Position numbers and translations under genes: made by a program
The notes under the pieces: generated by a model
Databases searched by the model: none
What the model was told of the DNA's origin: nothing
What the model saw: only the letters and a program-made list of their open reading frames with translations
NCBI GenBank assembly: GCA_050012295.1
Contig: JBEKHL010000002.1
Span: forward strand, 11,725-75,724
DNA: 64,000 nt
Direction: 5' to 3'
Source of the DNA: Gammaproteobacteria bacterium
GTDB lineage: Bacteria; Pseudomonadota; Gammaproteobacteria; UBA6186; Azoamicaceae
In this document: positions 8,914 to 18,730 of the stretch, piece after piece
How positions within the stretch are numbered: position 1 is the first letter of the stretch
Layout: every line of letters begins with the position of its first letter

Positions 8914-10797
8914 TTACTGACCTTTATTTAGATATACTAACAATACCGAAATAGCCGCAGGAGTAACCCCTGGTATTCTTGTTGCTCTTCCTAAATCTAT
9001 AGGACGAGTATTATTTAATTTTTCCACAACCTCATTAGACAACCCTGGAATATTATTATAATTAAAATCAACAGGAATTTTTAATTTTTCATATTTACTA
9101 TGCTTAGCAACTTCCTGTTGTTGTCTTAGCACATACCCTTCATATTTTACCATGGTTTCCAAGTTGATTATAAAATTGGTATTAACCAAACCAAAACCTA
9201 CAGATGGTATTTGGGCTAATTTTTTATAACAAACTTCTGGTCTTTTTAACAAATCTAAAGCTCTCGTTTCTTTTTCTAATTTTTGATCGGTTATTTTTTC
9301 AAAAACCATAGCGTCCTCGCTAGATGTTGTAATAACAATTTGTTTTAATCTGGCAATCTCTTGTTCTATAACAGTTGTTTTATTAATAACTTTTTGCATT
9401 TTATGTTCATCAATTAAATTTAATCTCTTAGCCGTACTAGCTAAACGAACATCTGCGTTGTCTTCCCTTAACTGCAATCGATACTCAGCTCTGCTTGTTA
9501 ACATGCGATATGGTTCATTAGTGCCTTTAGTGATTAAATCATCAATTAACACTCCTATATAAGCCTCATCCCTGCGAGGACTCCAGCTTTCTAAACTTAA
9601 TGCTCCAGCTGCCGCATTAACCCCTGCAACCAAACCTTGAGCGGCCGCCTCTTCGTAACCAGTGGTCCCATTAATTTGTCCGGCAAAAAACAATCCAGAA
9701 ACATTTTTCGTTTGTAAAGTAGGCAACAAATCTCTAGGATCAAAAAAATCATACTCTATTGCATAACCCAACCTAGTAATGTGAGCGTTTTCTAAACCAA
9801 CTATACTATGAATTATTTTTACCTGTACATCAAAAGGTAAACTGGTAGACAAACCATTCGGATAAATTTCTTTAGTATACAGCCCTTCTGGTTCTAAAAA
9901 AATCTGGTGAGAATCTCTTTGAGAAAACTTAACTACTTTGTCTTCTATTGACGGACAATATCTTGGACCAATTCCATCAATCATGCCTCCATACATAGCC
10001 GACCTTTCTAAATTTTGCATAATTATATCGTTAGTCATGCTGTTGGTTCTTGCAATATAACAATTAACTTTTGGAATATTCATAAACCTTTCTTTTTCTT
10101 CCCAAATAGAAAAGTAAGAAGGTTCTGTTTCGGTTGGTTGTACTATAAGCTTAGAAAAATCAATACTACGACTATCGATCCGGGGAGGGGTACCGGTTTT
10201 TAAACGATCCACTCTAAAAGATAGGTTTCTTAAAGAATTAGCTAAACCAACAGAGGCGCTATCTCCAGCTCGCCCACCCATATGGTTTTGATCGCCAACG
10301 TGAATTTTACCATTTAAAAAAGTTCCAACAGTTAATACTACTGTTTTAGTTTCAATAAAAACTCCCGTATTAGTAATAACCCCAACAATTCGATCGTTTT
10401 TAATCACCACATCATCAACGGTTGCTTGAAAAACCAATAAATTTTGCTGGTTTTCAACAACATTTCTTATAGCAAGCCTATATAAATTTCTATCACTTTG
10501 AGCTCTAGTAGCCCTAACGGCAGGACCTTTACTGCTATTTAAAATACGATAATGAATAGCGGCCAAATCGGCCGCCAACCCCATTGCCCCCCCCATGGCA
10601 TCAATTTCTTTTACTAGATGTCCTTTTCCTATTCCACCAATAGCGGGATTACAAGACATTTGACCAATAGTTTCTATGTTTTGAGTAAGCAATAATGTAT
10701 TGGCCTTTCGTCTGCTAGACGCTAACGCCGCCTCTACTCCGGCGTGCCCACCACCTACAACCACCACATCAAATTTTTTATGAAAATTAGTACTCAT
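8914..10797 (-). CDS. mnmG: tRNA uridine 5-carboxymethylaminomethyl modification enzyme MnmG (GidA)
   Basis: 627 aa; FAD motif DVVVVGGGHAGVEAAL and the conserved GidA core (GPRYCPSIEDK, FFAGQINGTTGYEEAAAQG). Confidence 0.97.
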   Translation of the reverse strand: MSTNFHKKFDVVVVGGGHAGVEAALASSRRKANTLLLTQNIETIGQMSCNPAIGGIGKGHLVKEIDAMGGAMGLAADLAAIHYRILNSSKGPAVRATRAQSDRNLYRLAIRNVVENQQNLLVFQATVDDVVIKNDRIVGVITNTGVFIETKTVVLTVGTFLNGKIHVGDQNHMGGRAGDSASVGLANSLRNLSFRVDRLKTGTPPRIDSRSIDFSKLIVQPTETEPSYFSIWEEKERFMNIPKVNCYIARTNSMTNDIIMQNLERSAMYGGMIDGIGPRYCPSIEDKVVKFSQRDSHQIFLEPEGLYTKEIYPNGLSTSLPFDVQVKIIHSIVGLENAHITRLGYAIEYDFFDPRDLLPTLQTKNVSGLFFAGQINGTTGYEEAAAQGLVAGVNAAAGALSLESWSPRRDEAYIGVLIDDLITKGTNEPYRMLTSRAEYRLQLREDNADVRLASTAKRLNLIDEHKMQKVINKTTVIEQEIARLKQIVITTSSEDAMVFEKITDQKLEKETRALDLLKRPEVCYKKLAQIPSVGFGLVNTNFIINLETMVKYEGYVLRQQQEVAKHSKYEKLKIPVDFNYNNIPGLSNEVVEKLNNTRPIDLGRATRIPGVTPAAISVLLVYLNKGQ

Positions 10798-10806
10798 ATA
10801 TAAACT

Positions 10807-12201
10807 TTATTTACCTATACAAAACTCAGCAAAAATCTTTGCTAATAAATCTTCAGAAGTAAACACCCCTGTTATTTCAGACAAAAATTTTTGAGCCAGC
10901 CTTAACTCTTCTGCCAACAATTCAAAAAAAACACCTTCTCGCTTCTTCTTGAAAAAATCAACCCCCTGCTCCAAATGCACACAAACCTGCTGTAATGCTG
11001 TAACATGCCTGGTTCTCGCTGTAAACACTTGCTCTTGCTCTACAAAACCCGCGACCTTTTTTATTTGCTGCTTTAACAAATCTATACCAACCTGGTTTTT
11101 AACAGAAATAAAAATTATAATCTGCTCATCTTTAACTATAATTTCTGGGGTTTTTAAAAAATCATCATTATATAAATCTATTTTATTAATTAAAATTATT
11201 TTTTTTGCGCGCAAATCCGCACACCATTCTGCCAAGATCAAATTACTTTTAAAATCTTCTTGTTCTACAAAATCTTTAGCATCCACCATAAATAGAATTA
11301 AATCTGCCTCGCGCGCTTCTGTTATAGCTTTTTGTATTCCTATTGCCTCTATATGATCCTGCGTTTCTCGAATACCTGCCGTATCAGAAAAATCCACTAA
11401 CAATCCATCTATATTAATTTTATTAATTAATACATCTCTAGTTGTTCCTGGAATGTTTGTCACAATAGCCAAATCTTTTCCAGACAATAAATTTAATAAG
11501 CTAGATTTTCCAACATTTGCCCCACCAAGAATAACCGCCTTTAATCCATTACTTAAAAGATTCCCTTGTTGAGCTTGGTTTAAAATTTTATAAATACTTT
11601 CCTTAAACTTAATCAACTGTTTATAGATATTATTATCTTCTAAAAAATCCACCTCTTCTTCTGGAAAATCTATAGCAGCCTCTACATACATTCTTAAATT
11701 TGTTACTCCTTGCAGAAGCGCATTTATTTGTTTAGAAAACTCGCCCTGTAAACTCTTAACTGCTGCCTTTGCCGCTTGTTCAGTTTGAGCGTGAATTAAA
11801 GAAATAATACTCTCTGCTTGTAATAAATCCATTTTACCATGCAAAAAAGCTCGTCTAGAAAATTCCCCAGGTTCGGCAAGCCTTGCCCCCAAAGATAATA
11901 CTCGCCTTAACAATAAATCTAATACTACTACACCACCATGAGCTTGTATTTCTAAAACATCCTCACCAGTAAAAGAGTTTGGAGCCTGGAAAAATATTGC
12001 TATTCCATTATCGATAGCTTCTTTATTGGCAGATAAAAATTCTGTGTAAACCGCTAATTTTGGGATTAAGCTAGATCGCCCTAACATTACCTTAGCAATG
12101 TTTTTTACTAAACCGCCAGAAATCCTAATGATTCCAACCCCACCAACACCTGGTGGCGTAGCTATAGCTGTTATAGTGTCATCATCTTCTATTGATTGCA
12201 T
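10807..12201 (-). CDS. mnmE: tRNA modification GTPase MnmE (TrmE)
   Basis: 464 aa; G1 motif GGANVGKSSLLN, DTAGIRE, NKIDL, C-terminal FCIGK. Confidence 0.95.
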   Translation of the reverse strand: MQSIEDDDTITAIATPPGVGGVGIIRISGGLVKNIAKVMLGRSSLIPKLAVYTEFLSANKEAIDNGIAIFFQAPNSFTGEDVLEIQAHGGVVVLDLLLRRVLSLGARLAEPGEFSRRAFLHGKMDLLQAESIISLIHAQTEQAAKAAVKSLQGEFSKQINALLQGVTNLRMYVEAAIDFPEEEVDFLEDNNIYKQLIKFKESIYKILNQAQQGNLLSNGLKAVILGGANVGKSSLLNLLSGKDLAIVTNIPGTTRDVLINKINIDGLLVDFSDTAGIRETQDHIEAIGIQKAITEAREADLILFMVDAKDFVEQEDFKSNLILAEWCADLRAKKIILINKIDLYNDDFLKTPEIIVKDEQIIIFISVKNQVGIDLLKQQIKKVAGFVEQEQVFTARTRHVTALQQVCVHLEQGVDFFKKKREGVFFELLAEELRLAQKFLSEITGVFTSEDLLAKIFAEFCIGK

Positions 12202-13853
12202 ACCTGTCTAGTAATAAACTTCTGCTGCAATATAGACAGCGAGTTATTAACAACCCAATACAACATTAACCCGGAAGGAAACTGCCAAAATAACGCTGTA
12301 AAAAACACCGGCATAAACATTAAAACTTTAGCTTGGATAGGATCCGGAGGCGGTGGATTCATTTTTTGTTGAACAAACATGCTAACCCCCATTAAACACG
12401 GCAAAATAAAAAGAGGATCTCTGGCAGACAGATCTACAATCCATAAACACCAAGAAGCTTGCCTTAACTCTACGCTTTCTAACAAAACATAATATAATGC
12501 TATAAACACAGGAATTTGCACCAAAATAGGCAAGCACCCACCTAATGGATTTACTTTCTCTTTACGATAAAGCTCCATTACTGATTGACTAAATTTTTGT
12601 TTATCTTCACCACATCTAGCTTTTAATTCTTCCATTTTAGGCTGAAGTTTTCGTAAATTCCCCATAGAACGATAACTAGCCGCAGACAATTTATAAAATA
12701 AAAGTTTAATTAATAATGTGGTCAAAATTATTGCCCATCCCCAATTACCAATCACATTAAAAATAGTCTTTAATAATAAAAACAACGGTACACACAACCA
12801 CCACAAAATACCATAATCTACCGTTAGATCTAAAGCTGGTGCAATTTCCTTTAAAGTGTTAGCAATTTTAGGCCCAAGAAACAATTGAGCAGAAACTTTT
12901 TGCGTTTCTCCTGGAGCAACCGAAATAGTAGAATTAACAAACCTTATACCAAAAGAACCATCTTTAAAATTTTCGGTTTGATATTCACTAAATGAACCCC
13001 CCCCCGGCACCCAAGCGCTTACAAAGTAATGTTCTAACATTGCAATCCACCCACCAGTAAACGCAATGTTATACGGTTCTTTCATGTCAGAAAAAGAAAT
13101 TTTCTTATATCTTTGATTTGGAGTGCTAATTGCAGCACCTGTATACGTCCTCAAACCACCAGAAAAGAACCCTTTGGTTACCGCCTCTGGTAACCGCCTT
13201 AATCTCCCATATAAACTAGCTTTATATTCAGTCTGACTGTTGTTAACAATAACATATTCTATTGTCACCAAATAACTATTCCGGCTAAATTTAAACCTCT
13301 TAATAAAATTAATGTCTTTTCCGGTATCTACAATGTTTTCGTCTAGACCACAAATCAAATCTACAACCATCTCCTGTTCGTTATCAGACAATTCATAACG
13401 TTGATGTTTAGCAGTAAACTTAGCTCTACCGTGCACCTTAGAGTCTGGCCCCCTTTCTGACAACAATCCCGTTTGAGCCACATAGAACCTATGATTATCG
13501 TTATCTAATAAATTAAACCCTTTTGTGTGATCCTTTGGGTTTTGAGGATATTTCTTTAACTCAGCAAAAATTAAATCCCCTTGAGAATTAATTTTTACTT
13601 TTAAAACATTTGTATCTACCGTAACAATAGGATGGTTAGATGGTTGTTTGTGCAAATGAACAGCTGTTTCGCCACCATTTCCTACTGCCGTTTCAACCAT
13701 GTTGGGAATTTCTTGATGACCGCTTTCGTGAGTCGCTAGAGGATCTTTCTGGACCGCCCCCTCGTGCGGGGGTTGATAATATTTTGAAAACAAAGAAAAA
13801 CCAACAAAAACAATAACAGCTAAGAATAAAAATCGTATAGTTTGCTTATCCAT
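12189..13853 (-). CDS. yidC: Membrane protein insertase YidC
   Basis: 554 aa. N-terminal TM, large periplasmic domain and conserved C-terminal core (MELYRKEKVNPLGGCLPILVQIPVFIALY). Canonical position upstream of mnmE. Confidence 0.95.
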   Translation of the reverse strand: MDKQTIRFLFLAVIVFVGFSLFSKYYQPPHEGAVQKDPLATHESGHQEIPNMVETAVGNGGETAVHLHKQPSNHPIVTVDTNVLKVKINSQGDLIFAELKKYPQNPKDHTKGFNLLDNDNHRFYVAQTGLLSERGPDSKVHGRAKFTAKHQRYELSDNEQEMVVDLICGLDENIVDTGKDINFIKRFKFSRNSYLVTIEYVIVNNSQTEYKASLYGRLRRLPEAVTKGFFSGGLRTYTGAAISTPNQRYKKISFSDMKEPYNIAFTGGWIAMLEHYFVSAWVPGGGSFSEYQTENFKDGSFGIRFVNSTISVAPGETQKVSAQLFLGPKIANTLKEIAPALDLTVDYGILWWLCVPLFLLLKTIFNVIGNWGWAIILTTLLIKLLFYKLSAASYRSMGNLRKLQPKMEELKARCGEDKQKFSQSVMELYRKEKVNPLGGCLPILVQIPVFIALYYVLLESVELRQASWCLWIVDLSARDPLFILPCLMGVSMFVQQKMNPPPPDPIQAKVLMFMPVFFTALFWQFPSGLMLYWVVNNSLSILQQKFITRQVCNQ

Positions 13854-13870
13854 ATTTAAATAACCATTAA

Positions 13871-14152
13871 TTAATTTAATTTTTTATCGACAAGGTAATT
13901 AGAAACAGCTTGACACTTTAACAATCTAAAAACCACCAAACAAACCCCCCGTACAAACCCTTGTTTTTTTATTACTAACTTCGCGTAATCCGAACAACTA
14001 ACTTCGAACCTGCAGCTTGGAGGTAAAAACGGACTAATAAAATACTGATACCAGCCAATTAGCTTAATTACACCAAGTGTTGCTATGTTCTTGAACAATA
14101 TATGGTTTGCTCTTCTAACCATAAAAACAGTTCCTGCAATTTTTTTTTCCAT
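13871..14152 (-). CDS. yidD: Membrane protein insertion efficiency factor YidD
   Basis: Motif IGWYQYFISPFLPPSCRFEVSCSDYA, between rnpA and yidC. The true start may be the internal ATG at 14122. Overlaps the rnpA 3' end. Confidence 0.75.
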   Translation of the reverse strand: MEKKIAGTVFMVRRANHILFKNIATLGVIKLIGWYQYFISPFLPPSCRFEVSCSDYAKLVIKKQGFVRGVCLVVFRLLKCQAVSNYLVDKKLN

Positions 14153-14439
14153 CGTGATAAACTTTGGTTATCAAACTGTTTAATAACAACAACAACGTCT
14201 TTATTAATAAAATTTTGTTTAACATTTCTAAATATCTCTTTGGCAAAACGTTTAGACCGATTCCTAAACACAGCCTTTTTAATGTTTTTTTTAGTAACAA
14301 TTACCCCTACCCTAGCGAAGCCAGTGTCATTATTACCGATCCATAAAGAAAATTCATTACTAACTATTTTAGGGGGAAACTTAAATAACTTTTTATAATT
14401 TGGAGTTTTTTTTTCGTGTTTTTTATTATTTAACGGCAA
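14083..14439 (-). CDS. rnpA: Ribonuclease P protein component
   Basis: 118 aa, basic, TTG start at 14439. Motif FARVGVIVTKKNIKKAVFRNRSKR. Lies directly downstream of rpmH. Confidence 0.85.
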   Translation of the reverse strand: MPLNNKKHEKKTPNYKKLFKFPPKIVSNEFSLWIGNNDTGFARVGVIVTKKNIKKAVFRNRSKRFAKEIFRNVKQNFINKDVVVVIKQFDNQSLSRWKKKLQELFLWLEEQTIYCSRT

Positions 14440-14441
14440 AG

Positions 14442-14576
14442 TTACTTAGTAAGCGTGTACCGCCCCTTTCTCCTTCTGCGACTTAACACAGCCCTTCCAT
14501 CTTTGGTTTTCATTCTAGCTCTAAAACCATGAGTTTTCTTCATTTTTCTATTACAAGGTTGAAAAGTACGTTTCAT
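14442..14576 (-). CDS. rpmH: 50S ribosomal protein L34
   Basis: Not in the ORF track because it is only 44 aa. Hand translation gives [44 protein letters not shown]. Confidence 0.95.
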   Translation of the reverse strand: MKRTFQPCNRKMKKTHGFRARMKTKDGRAVLSRRRRKGRYTLTK

Positions 14577-14599
14577 AACTAGCCCAACTTTTAATTTCT

Positions 14600-15205
14600 G
14601 CTACATTTTGTTTTATCTATTGGCATTATTCTACTGAAGACTTTCAAAGTCAATAAATAACTTTTTTAAGTCTTTATTTAAGTTTATTATTTTTATTATG
14701 TATGGTTTTTATGTGACTAGTTTAAAAATGTCGATACAAAACAATCTTTTATGAGAATCAAATATCTGTTAAGCACCTATGATAATCTTTTGATTTACCT
14801 GTGTATAAATTTGGGATTTAAGAAAAAACCATGGCACGACCAAACTTTCTAGACAGGTTTAACACAGTTTTTTAGTGGGGTTTAGCGAAAGTTAAAAAAT
14901 ATACAGCCAGCAACAATTAATCCAGCTGCCTAAGAAGATGAGTGTAGCAGCAAGGTTATAATTATCATTCTTTAAGAACTTTTATATTTATTATTATTAT
15001 TAAAGAAAGCTTTTTATGTAGATAACCCTTAAATTCTTTTGTTTTATAAAGAAATAATTATGTTAATAGATATGTGAAGAACTTATAATATACTCTGGTA
15101 TAACATGTTAATAAAAAACAAAAAAATTTATTGTGAACAAGAGTGGATTTTTTCCACAGCATATGTAGAGTGTTATCTACCATTTTTATACAGGAAAAAT
15201 CTTTA
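14600..15205. other. Candidate chromosomal replication origin (oriC): DnaA-box cluster plus AT-rich repeats
   Basis: One perfect TTATNCACA box: TGTGTATAA at 14800-14808. Four one-mismatch boxes: 15017-15025 TGTAGATAA, 15073-15081 TGTGAAGAA, 15132-15140 TGTGAACAA, 15150-15158 TTTTCCACA. Tandem AT-rich 12/13-mers AAGTCTTTATTT/AAGTTTATTATTT at 14668-14692. The region lies at the divergence point of rpmH (minus) and the dnaA block (plus). Confidence 0.45.
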
Positions 15206-17221
15206 ATGTTTAGTCAATTTGTTCGTTTTGGTATGTTGGTTTTCTTGTTTGTTTCAAGCATGGCTGGGTTTGCTGTGGCGCCCAACAACAAGGATCCCAT
15301 AATTCCTAGAGCGGTGCTTTTTGGAGATCCTAAATATTCTCAGCCCAAAATTAGCCACGACGGTAAACACTTGGCATATATGGCGCCATGTCACGGGGTT
15401 TTAAATGTATGGGCAGGAAAATTGGGGCAACATAAAAGTATGCATCCTGTGACTCACAATAAAAAAAGAGGAGTAACTACTTATCTGTGGTCATATGATA
15501 ATGAACATATTTTGTATGTAGATGATTATAAAGGTAACGAAAATTGGCGGCTGTATCAGGTAAACATTAGAACAGGAAGATCAAAAGTATTATTTTCTTA
15601 TCAAAAAGTGCAAGGAAAAATTATTGGGCTTAGTCAGAAGTTTCCGGAGGAGATCTTAATTGGGATCAACCGTCGTCGAGCGGATTTTCATGATGTATAT
15701 AGGCTGAACATTAGAACAGGAAGAATATCGTTAGTTTATGAAAATAATTTTTTTGCTGATTTTATCAGCAATGAAAACTTAAAGATAGTAATAGCAGTAG
15801 AATCTACCAAGGCGGGAGGGGCGGTAATCTATAGATTAGGGAAGAATTTTGTTAAAACAGAGCTTCTTTCTATTGAGCCAGAAAACATTTTAACGACCAC
15901 CCCGTTATCTTTAAATAAAACCGGAGATGTTTTGTATTTGTTAGATAGTCGTAACAGAAATACAGCTGCTTTAACCAGCTTAGATTTAAGAACTAAAGTA
16001 ACTCAGTTAATTGCGGAAAATCAAAAAGCTGATCTTGATGAAGTTTTGTTTCATCCTTCTGATCTAACACCACAAGGATATAGATTTACATATGAGAAAC
16101 AGAGCTGGTCTGCATTAACTTCTAGTTTTCAAGAAGATATAGCTTATCTTAATAATGTAGATCCTGGCGAATTTAATATAATTAATAGCTCTTTAGATTA
16201 TCAAAAATGGATAGTAGCTTATGATAGAGATATAGGTTCTCCGCATTATTATTATTATGATCGAACATTAAAAAAAGCTTATTTTTTATTTGCAGGAAGG
16301 CCAAGCTTAGATCAATTACCATTAACCAAAATGAAAACCGTCATTATTACTTCTCGAGACAATCTTCCTTTGGTAAGTTATTTATCGATCCCTAGATGGG
16401 AACGATTAAAAAAATATGCCACCATGCCAAGCATTCCAATGGTCTTATTGGTGCATGGAGGTCCAAATGCTCGTGATTTTTGGGGATACAACAGTACTCA
16501 CCAATGGTTAGCTAATCGAGGTTATGCGGTATTAAGTGTTAATTTTAGAGGGTCTTCTGGGTTTGGTAAAAATTTTGCTAATGCTGGCAATGGTGAGTGG
16601 GGCGCCAAGATGCAAGATGACTTGGTGGATGCTGTTGAGTGGGCAATAGGTAAAGGTATTGCTACCAGGGAAAAAGTAGCTATTATGGGGGGGAGTTATG
16701 GTGGGTATGCTACATTAATGGGAATATCAAAAACGCCAGATCTTTTTGCTTGTGGAGTAGATATTGTTGGGCCAAGTAATTTGCAAACGCTCATGCAATC
16801 TATTCCGGAGTATTGGAAGCCTTTTTATTTTGTGTTGAAACGAATGATAGGTGGAGAACCAACCTCACCTGAAGGAAGAACTTTTTTGGCAGATCGTTCT
16901 CCTGTTACATATATACATAATATAAAAAAACCATTGTTGATTGGGCATGGTGTTCATGATCCTCGGGTAAAGCAAGATGAATCTGAACAAATTGTAAATT
17001 TGTTATTGGCCAAACATATTCCAGTAACATATTTATTATACCCAGATGAAGGTCATGGATTTAGAATCCCAGAAAATAGGCTTTCCTTTTATGCTGTTGC
17101 GGAAAACTTTTTAGCGCAAAATTTAGATGGTAGGGCCGAACCTATTAAGAAAAAAGATCTTAACAATTCTAGCATTCAGATCAAAGCTGGGAAAGAATAT
17201 ATAACGGCTTTAAAAAAATAG
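15206..17221 (+). CDS. S9 family serine peptidase (prolyl oligopeptidase / dipeptidyl aminopeptidase-like), exported
   Basis: Start moved to ATG 15206, with AGGA 10 nt upstream and signal peptide MFSQFVRFGMLVFLFVSSMAGFA. Nucleophile elbow IMGGSYGGYAT, then HGVHDPRV and DEGHGF (Ser-Asp-His order). N-terminal beta-propeller-like region. Confidence 0.85.
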   Translation: MFSQFVRFGMLVFLFVSSMAGFAVAPNNKDPIIPRAVLFGDPKYSQPKISHDGKHLAYMAPCHGVLNVWAGKLGQHKSMHPVTHNKKRGVTTYLWSYDNEHILYVDDYKGNENWRLYQVNIRTGRSKVLFSYQKVQGKIIGLSQKFPEEILIGINRRRADFHDVYRLNIRTGRISLVYENNFFADFISNENLKIVIAVESTKAGGAVIYRLGKNFVKTELLSIEPENILTTTPLSLNKTGDVLYLLDSRNRNTAALTSLDLRTKVTQLIAENQKADLDEVLFHPSDLTPQGYRFTYEKQSWSALTSSFQEDIAYLNNVDPGEFNIINSSLDYQKWIVAYDRDIGSPHYYYYDRTLKKAYFLFAGRPSLDQLPLTKMKTVIITSRDNLPLVSYLSIPRWERLKKYATMPSIPMVLLVHGGPNARDFWGYNSTHQWLANRGYAVLSVNFRGSSGFGKNFANAGNGEWGAKMQDDLVDAVEWAIGKGIATREKVAIMGGSYGGYATLMGISKTPDLFACGVDIVGPSNLQTLMQSIPEYWKPFYFVLKRMIGGEPTSPEGRTFLADRSPVTYIHNIKKPLLIGHGVHDPRVKQDESEQIVNLLLAKHIPVTYLLYPDEGHGFRIPENRLSFYAVAENFLAQNLDGRAEPIKKKDLNNSSIQIKAGKEYITALKK

Positions 17222-17330
17222 TACGCAAATGTTTTATGAAAAACAGTGGACTTTTTTTGTGGTATAGGTAAAGTACTAGATCAGTTTTGGTAAAAAAACG
17301 CAAAACATGTACGCTACGTAACTATGCTGG

Positions 17331-17354
17331 AAACTCATATGTGTTCAGTATATA
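17331..17354 (+). promoter_or_regulatory. Conserved motif copy A (AAACTCATATGTG-TTCAGTATA-TA), 52 nt upstream of dnaA
   Basis: One of six TTCAGTATA-core copies. Shares 20 of 22 positions with copy B. Confidence 0.45.
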
Positions 17355-17403
17355 AATTTATATTTTTTATATCAAATATTTAAAAAAAACATAAGGATTT
17401 TTC

Positions 17404-18729
17404 GTGTCGGTTCAAATTGATTTGTGGCAGCAATGTGTTCAAAGATTAAAGGATCTTGTTCCACAACAAATGTTTAATCAATGCATAATGCCCTTACAAG
17501 CAGAAATAGCTGGTGATAGTTTAGTAGTGTTTGCCCCTAATCAATATGTATTGGATCAAGTAAATCAGAATTTTTCTCAAGCTATAGAGAACACTATTAG
17601 TAATGTTTCAAAGGGATGGTTTAGGAAGATATCTTTCTCTGTTGGGGGGGCAAATTTAGCTAAAAACAATGAGCTGTCTGATGTTGTTAACAAAGATGCT
17701 AAAGAAAGAGCTAACAACTTAAACGAAACTTTTACGTTTGATAATTTTGTAGAAGGAAAATCTAATCAACTAGCCAAAGCAGCAGCCAGACAGGTGGCAG
17801 AAAATCCTGGCGGGTCGTATAACCCTTTGTTTTTATATGGTGGCGTTGGTTTAGGAAAAACCCATCTAATGCATGCTGTTGGTAATTTAATTGTTGCTAA
17901 CAAACCTAATGCAGCGGTGGTATATTTGCATTCAGAGCGTTTTGTTGCTGATATGGTAAAAGCTTTGCAAAACAATGCTATAAACGATTTTAAGAAATTT
18001 TATCGTTCGGTAGATGCGTTACTTATAGATGATATTCAATTTTTTTCAGGAAAAGAACGTTCGCAGGAAGAATTTTTTCATACGTTTAATGCTCTTCTGG
18101 AAGGTCAACAACAAATTATTTTGACTTCAGATCGCTACCCAAAAGAAATTAATGGTATAGAAGAAAGATTAAAGTCAAGGTTTGGAGCTGGGTTAACAGT
18201 TGCGGTACAGCCGCCAGAACTGGAAACTAGAGTTGCAATTTTAATTAATAAAGCAAAACAATATGGGGTAGAATTAAGGCACGAAGAGGCCTTTTTTATC
18301 GCTAAAAGGATCCGTTCTAATGTGCGAGAATTGGAAGGAGCATTAAAGAGGGTTATCGCTAATGCTAAATTTACTAATAGTGAGATTTCTTTACCTTTTG
18401 TACAAGAGGCTTTAAAAGATTTGTTTGCGTTACAAGAAAAATTAATTTCTATTGATAACATTATGAAAACAGTAGCAGATTACTATAAAGTAAAAGTTTC
18501 AGATTTGTTATCAAAGCGTCGCAGCAGATCTGTGGCTCGTCCTAGACAGATGGCCATGGCTTTATGTAAAGAACTAACGAACCATAGTTTACCAGAAATA
18601 GGGGATGCTTTTGGGGGGCGAGATCATACTACTGTCTTGCATGCGTGTAGAACTATAAAAGATCTTGCTGTAGCTAGCGTGGATTTAGGGGAAGATTTTA
18701 ATAATTTAGTTAGAATTTTATCTACTTAA
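17404..18729 (+). CDS. dnaA: Chromosomal replication initiator protein DnaA
   Basis: 441 aa, GTG start. Walker [23 protein letters not shown]-terminal DNA-binding [12 protein letters not shown]. Confidence 0.97.
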   Translation: MSVQIDLWQQCVQRLKDLVPQQMFNQCIMPLQAEIAGDSLVVFAPNQYVLDQVNQNFSQAIENTISNVSKGWFRKISFSVGGANLAKNNELSDVVNKDAKERANNLNETFTFDNFVEGKSNQLAKAAARQVAENPGGSYNPLFLYGGVGLGKTHLMHAVGNLIVANKPNAAVVYLHSERFVADMVKALQNNAINDFKKFYRSVDALLIDDIQFFSGKERSQEEFFHTFNALLEGQQQIILTSDRYPKEINGIEERLKSRFGAGLTVAVQPPELETRVAILINKAKQYGVELRHEEAFFIAKRIRSNVRELEGALKRVIANAKFTNSEISLPFVQEALKDLFALQEKLISIDNIMKTVADYYKVKVSDLLSKRRSRSVARPRQMAMALCKELTNHSLPEIGDAFGGRDHTTVLHACRTIKDLAVASVDLGEDFNNLVRILST

Positions 18730-18730
18730 T

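Noticed and set aside
10015-11356. ORFs 10015-10203 (+) and 10949-11356 (+)
   Set aside because: Antisense inside mnmG and mnmE. Cys/Ser/Lys-rich nonsense translations typical of the reverse frame of AT-rich genes.
14102-14398. ORFs 14102-14398 (+), 14115-14300 (-) and 14164-14346 (+)
   Set aside because: They overlap rnpA/yidD in other frames. The rnpA frame gives the recognisable basic RNase P protein.
14577-15205. Possible RNA gene (rnpB, tmRNA, 6S) in the 629-bp gap
   Set aside because: I could not find any of the conserved landmarks. There is no RNase P GAGGAAAGTCC-type box, no tmRNA tRNA-like ends, and no long conserved helices. DnaA boxes and AT-rich repeats explain the region better.
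17344-17352. TTCAGTATA motif as a LexA/SOS box (the reverse complement contains TACTG)
   Set aside because: No CTG-N10-CAG dyad can be drawn in any of the six copies.
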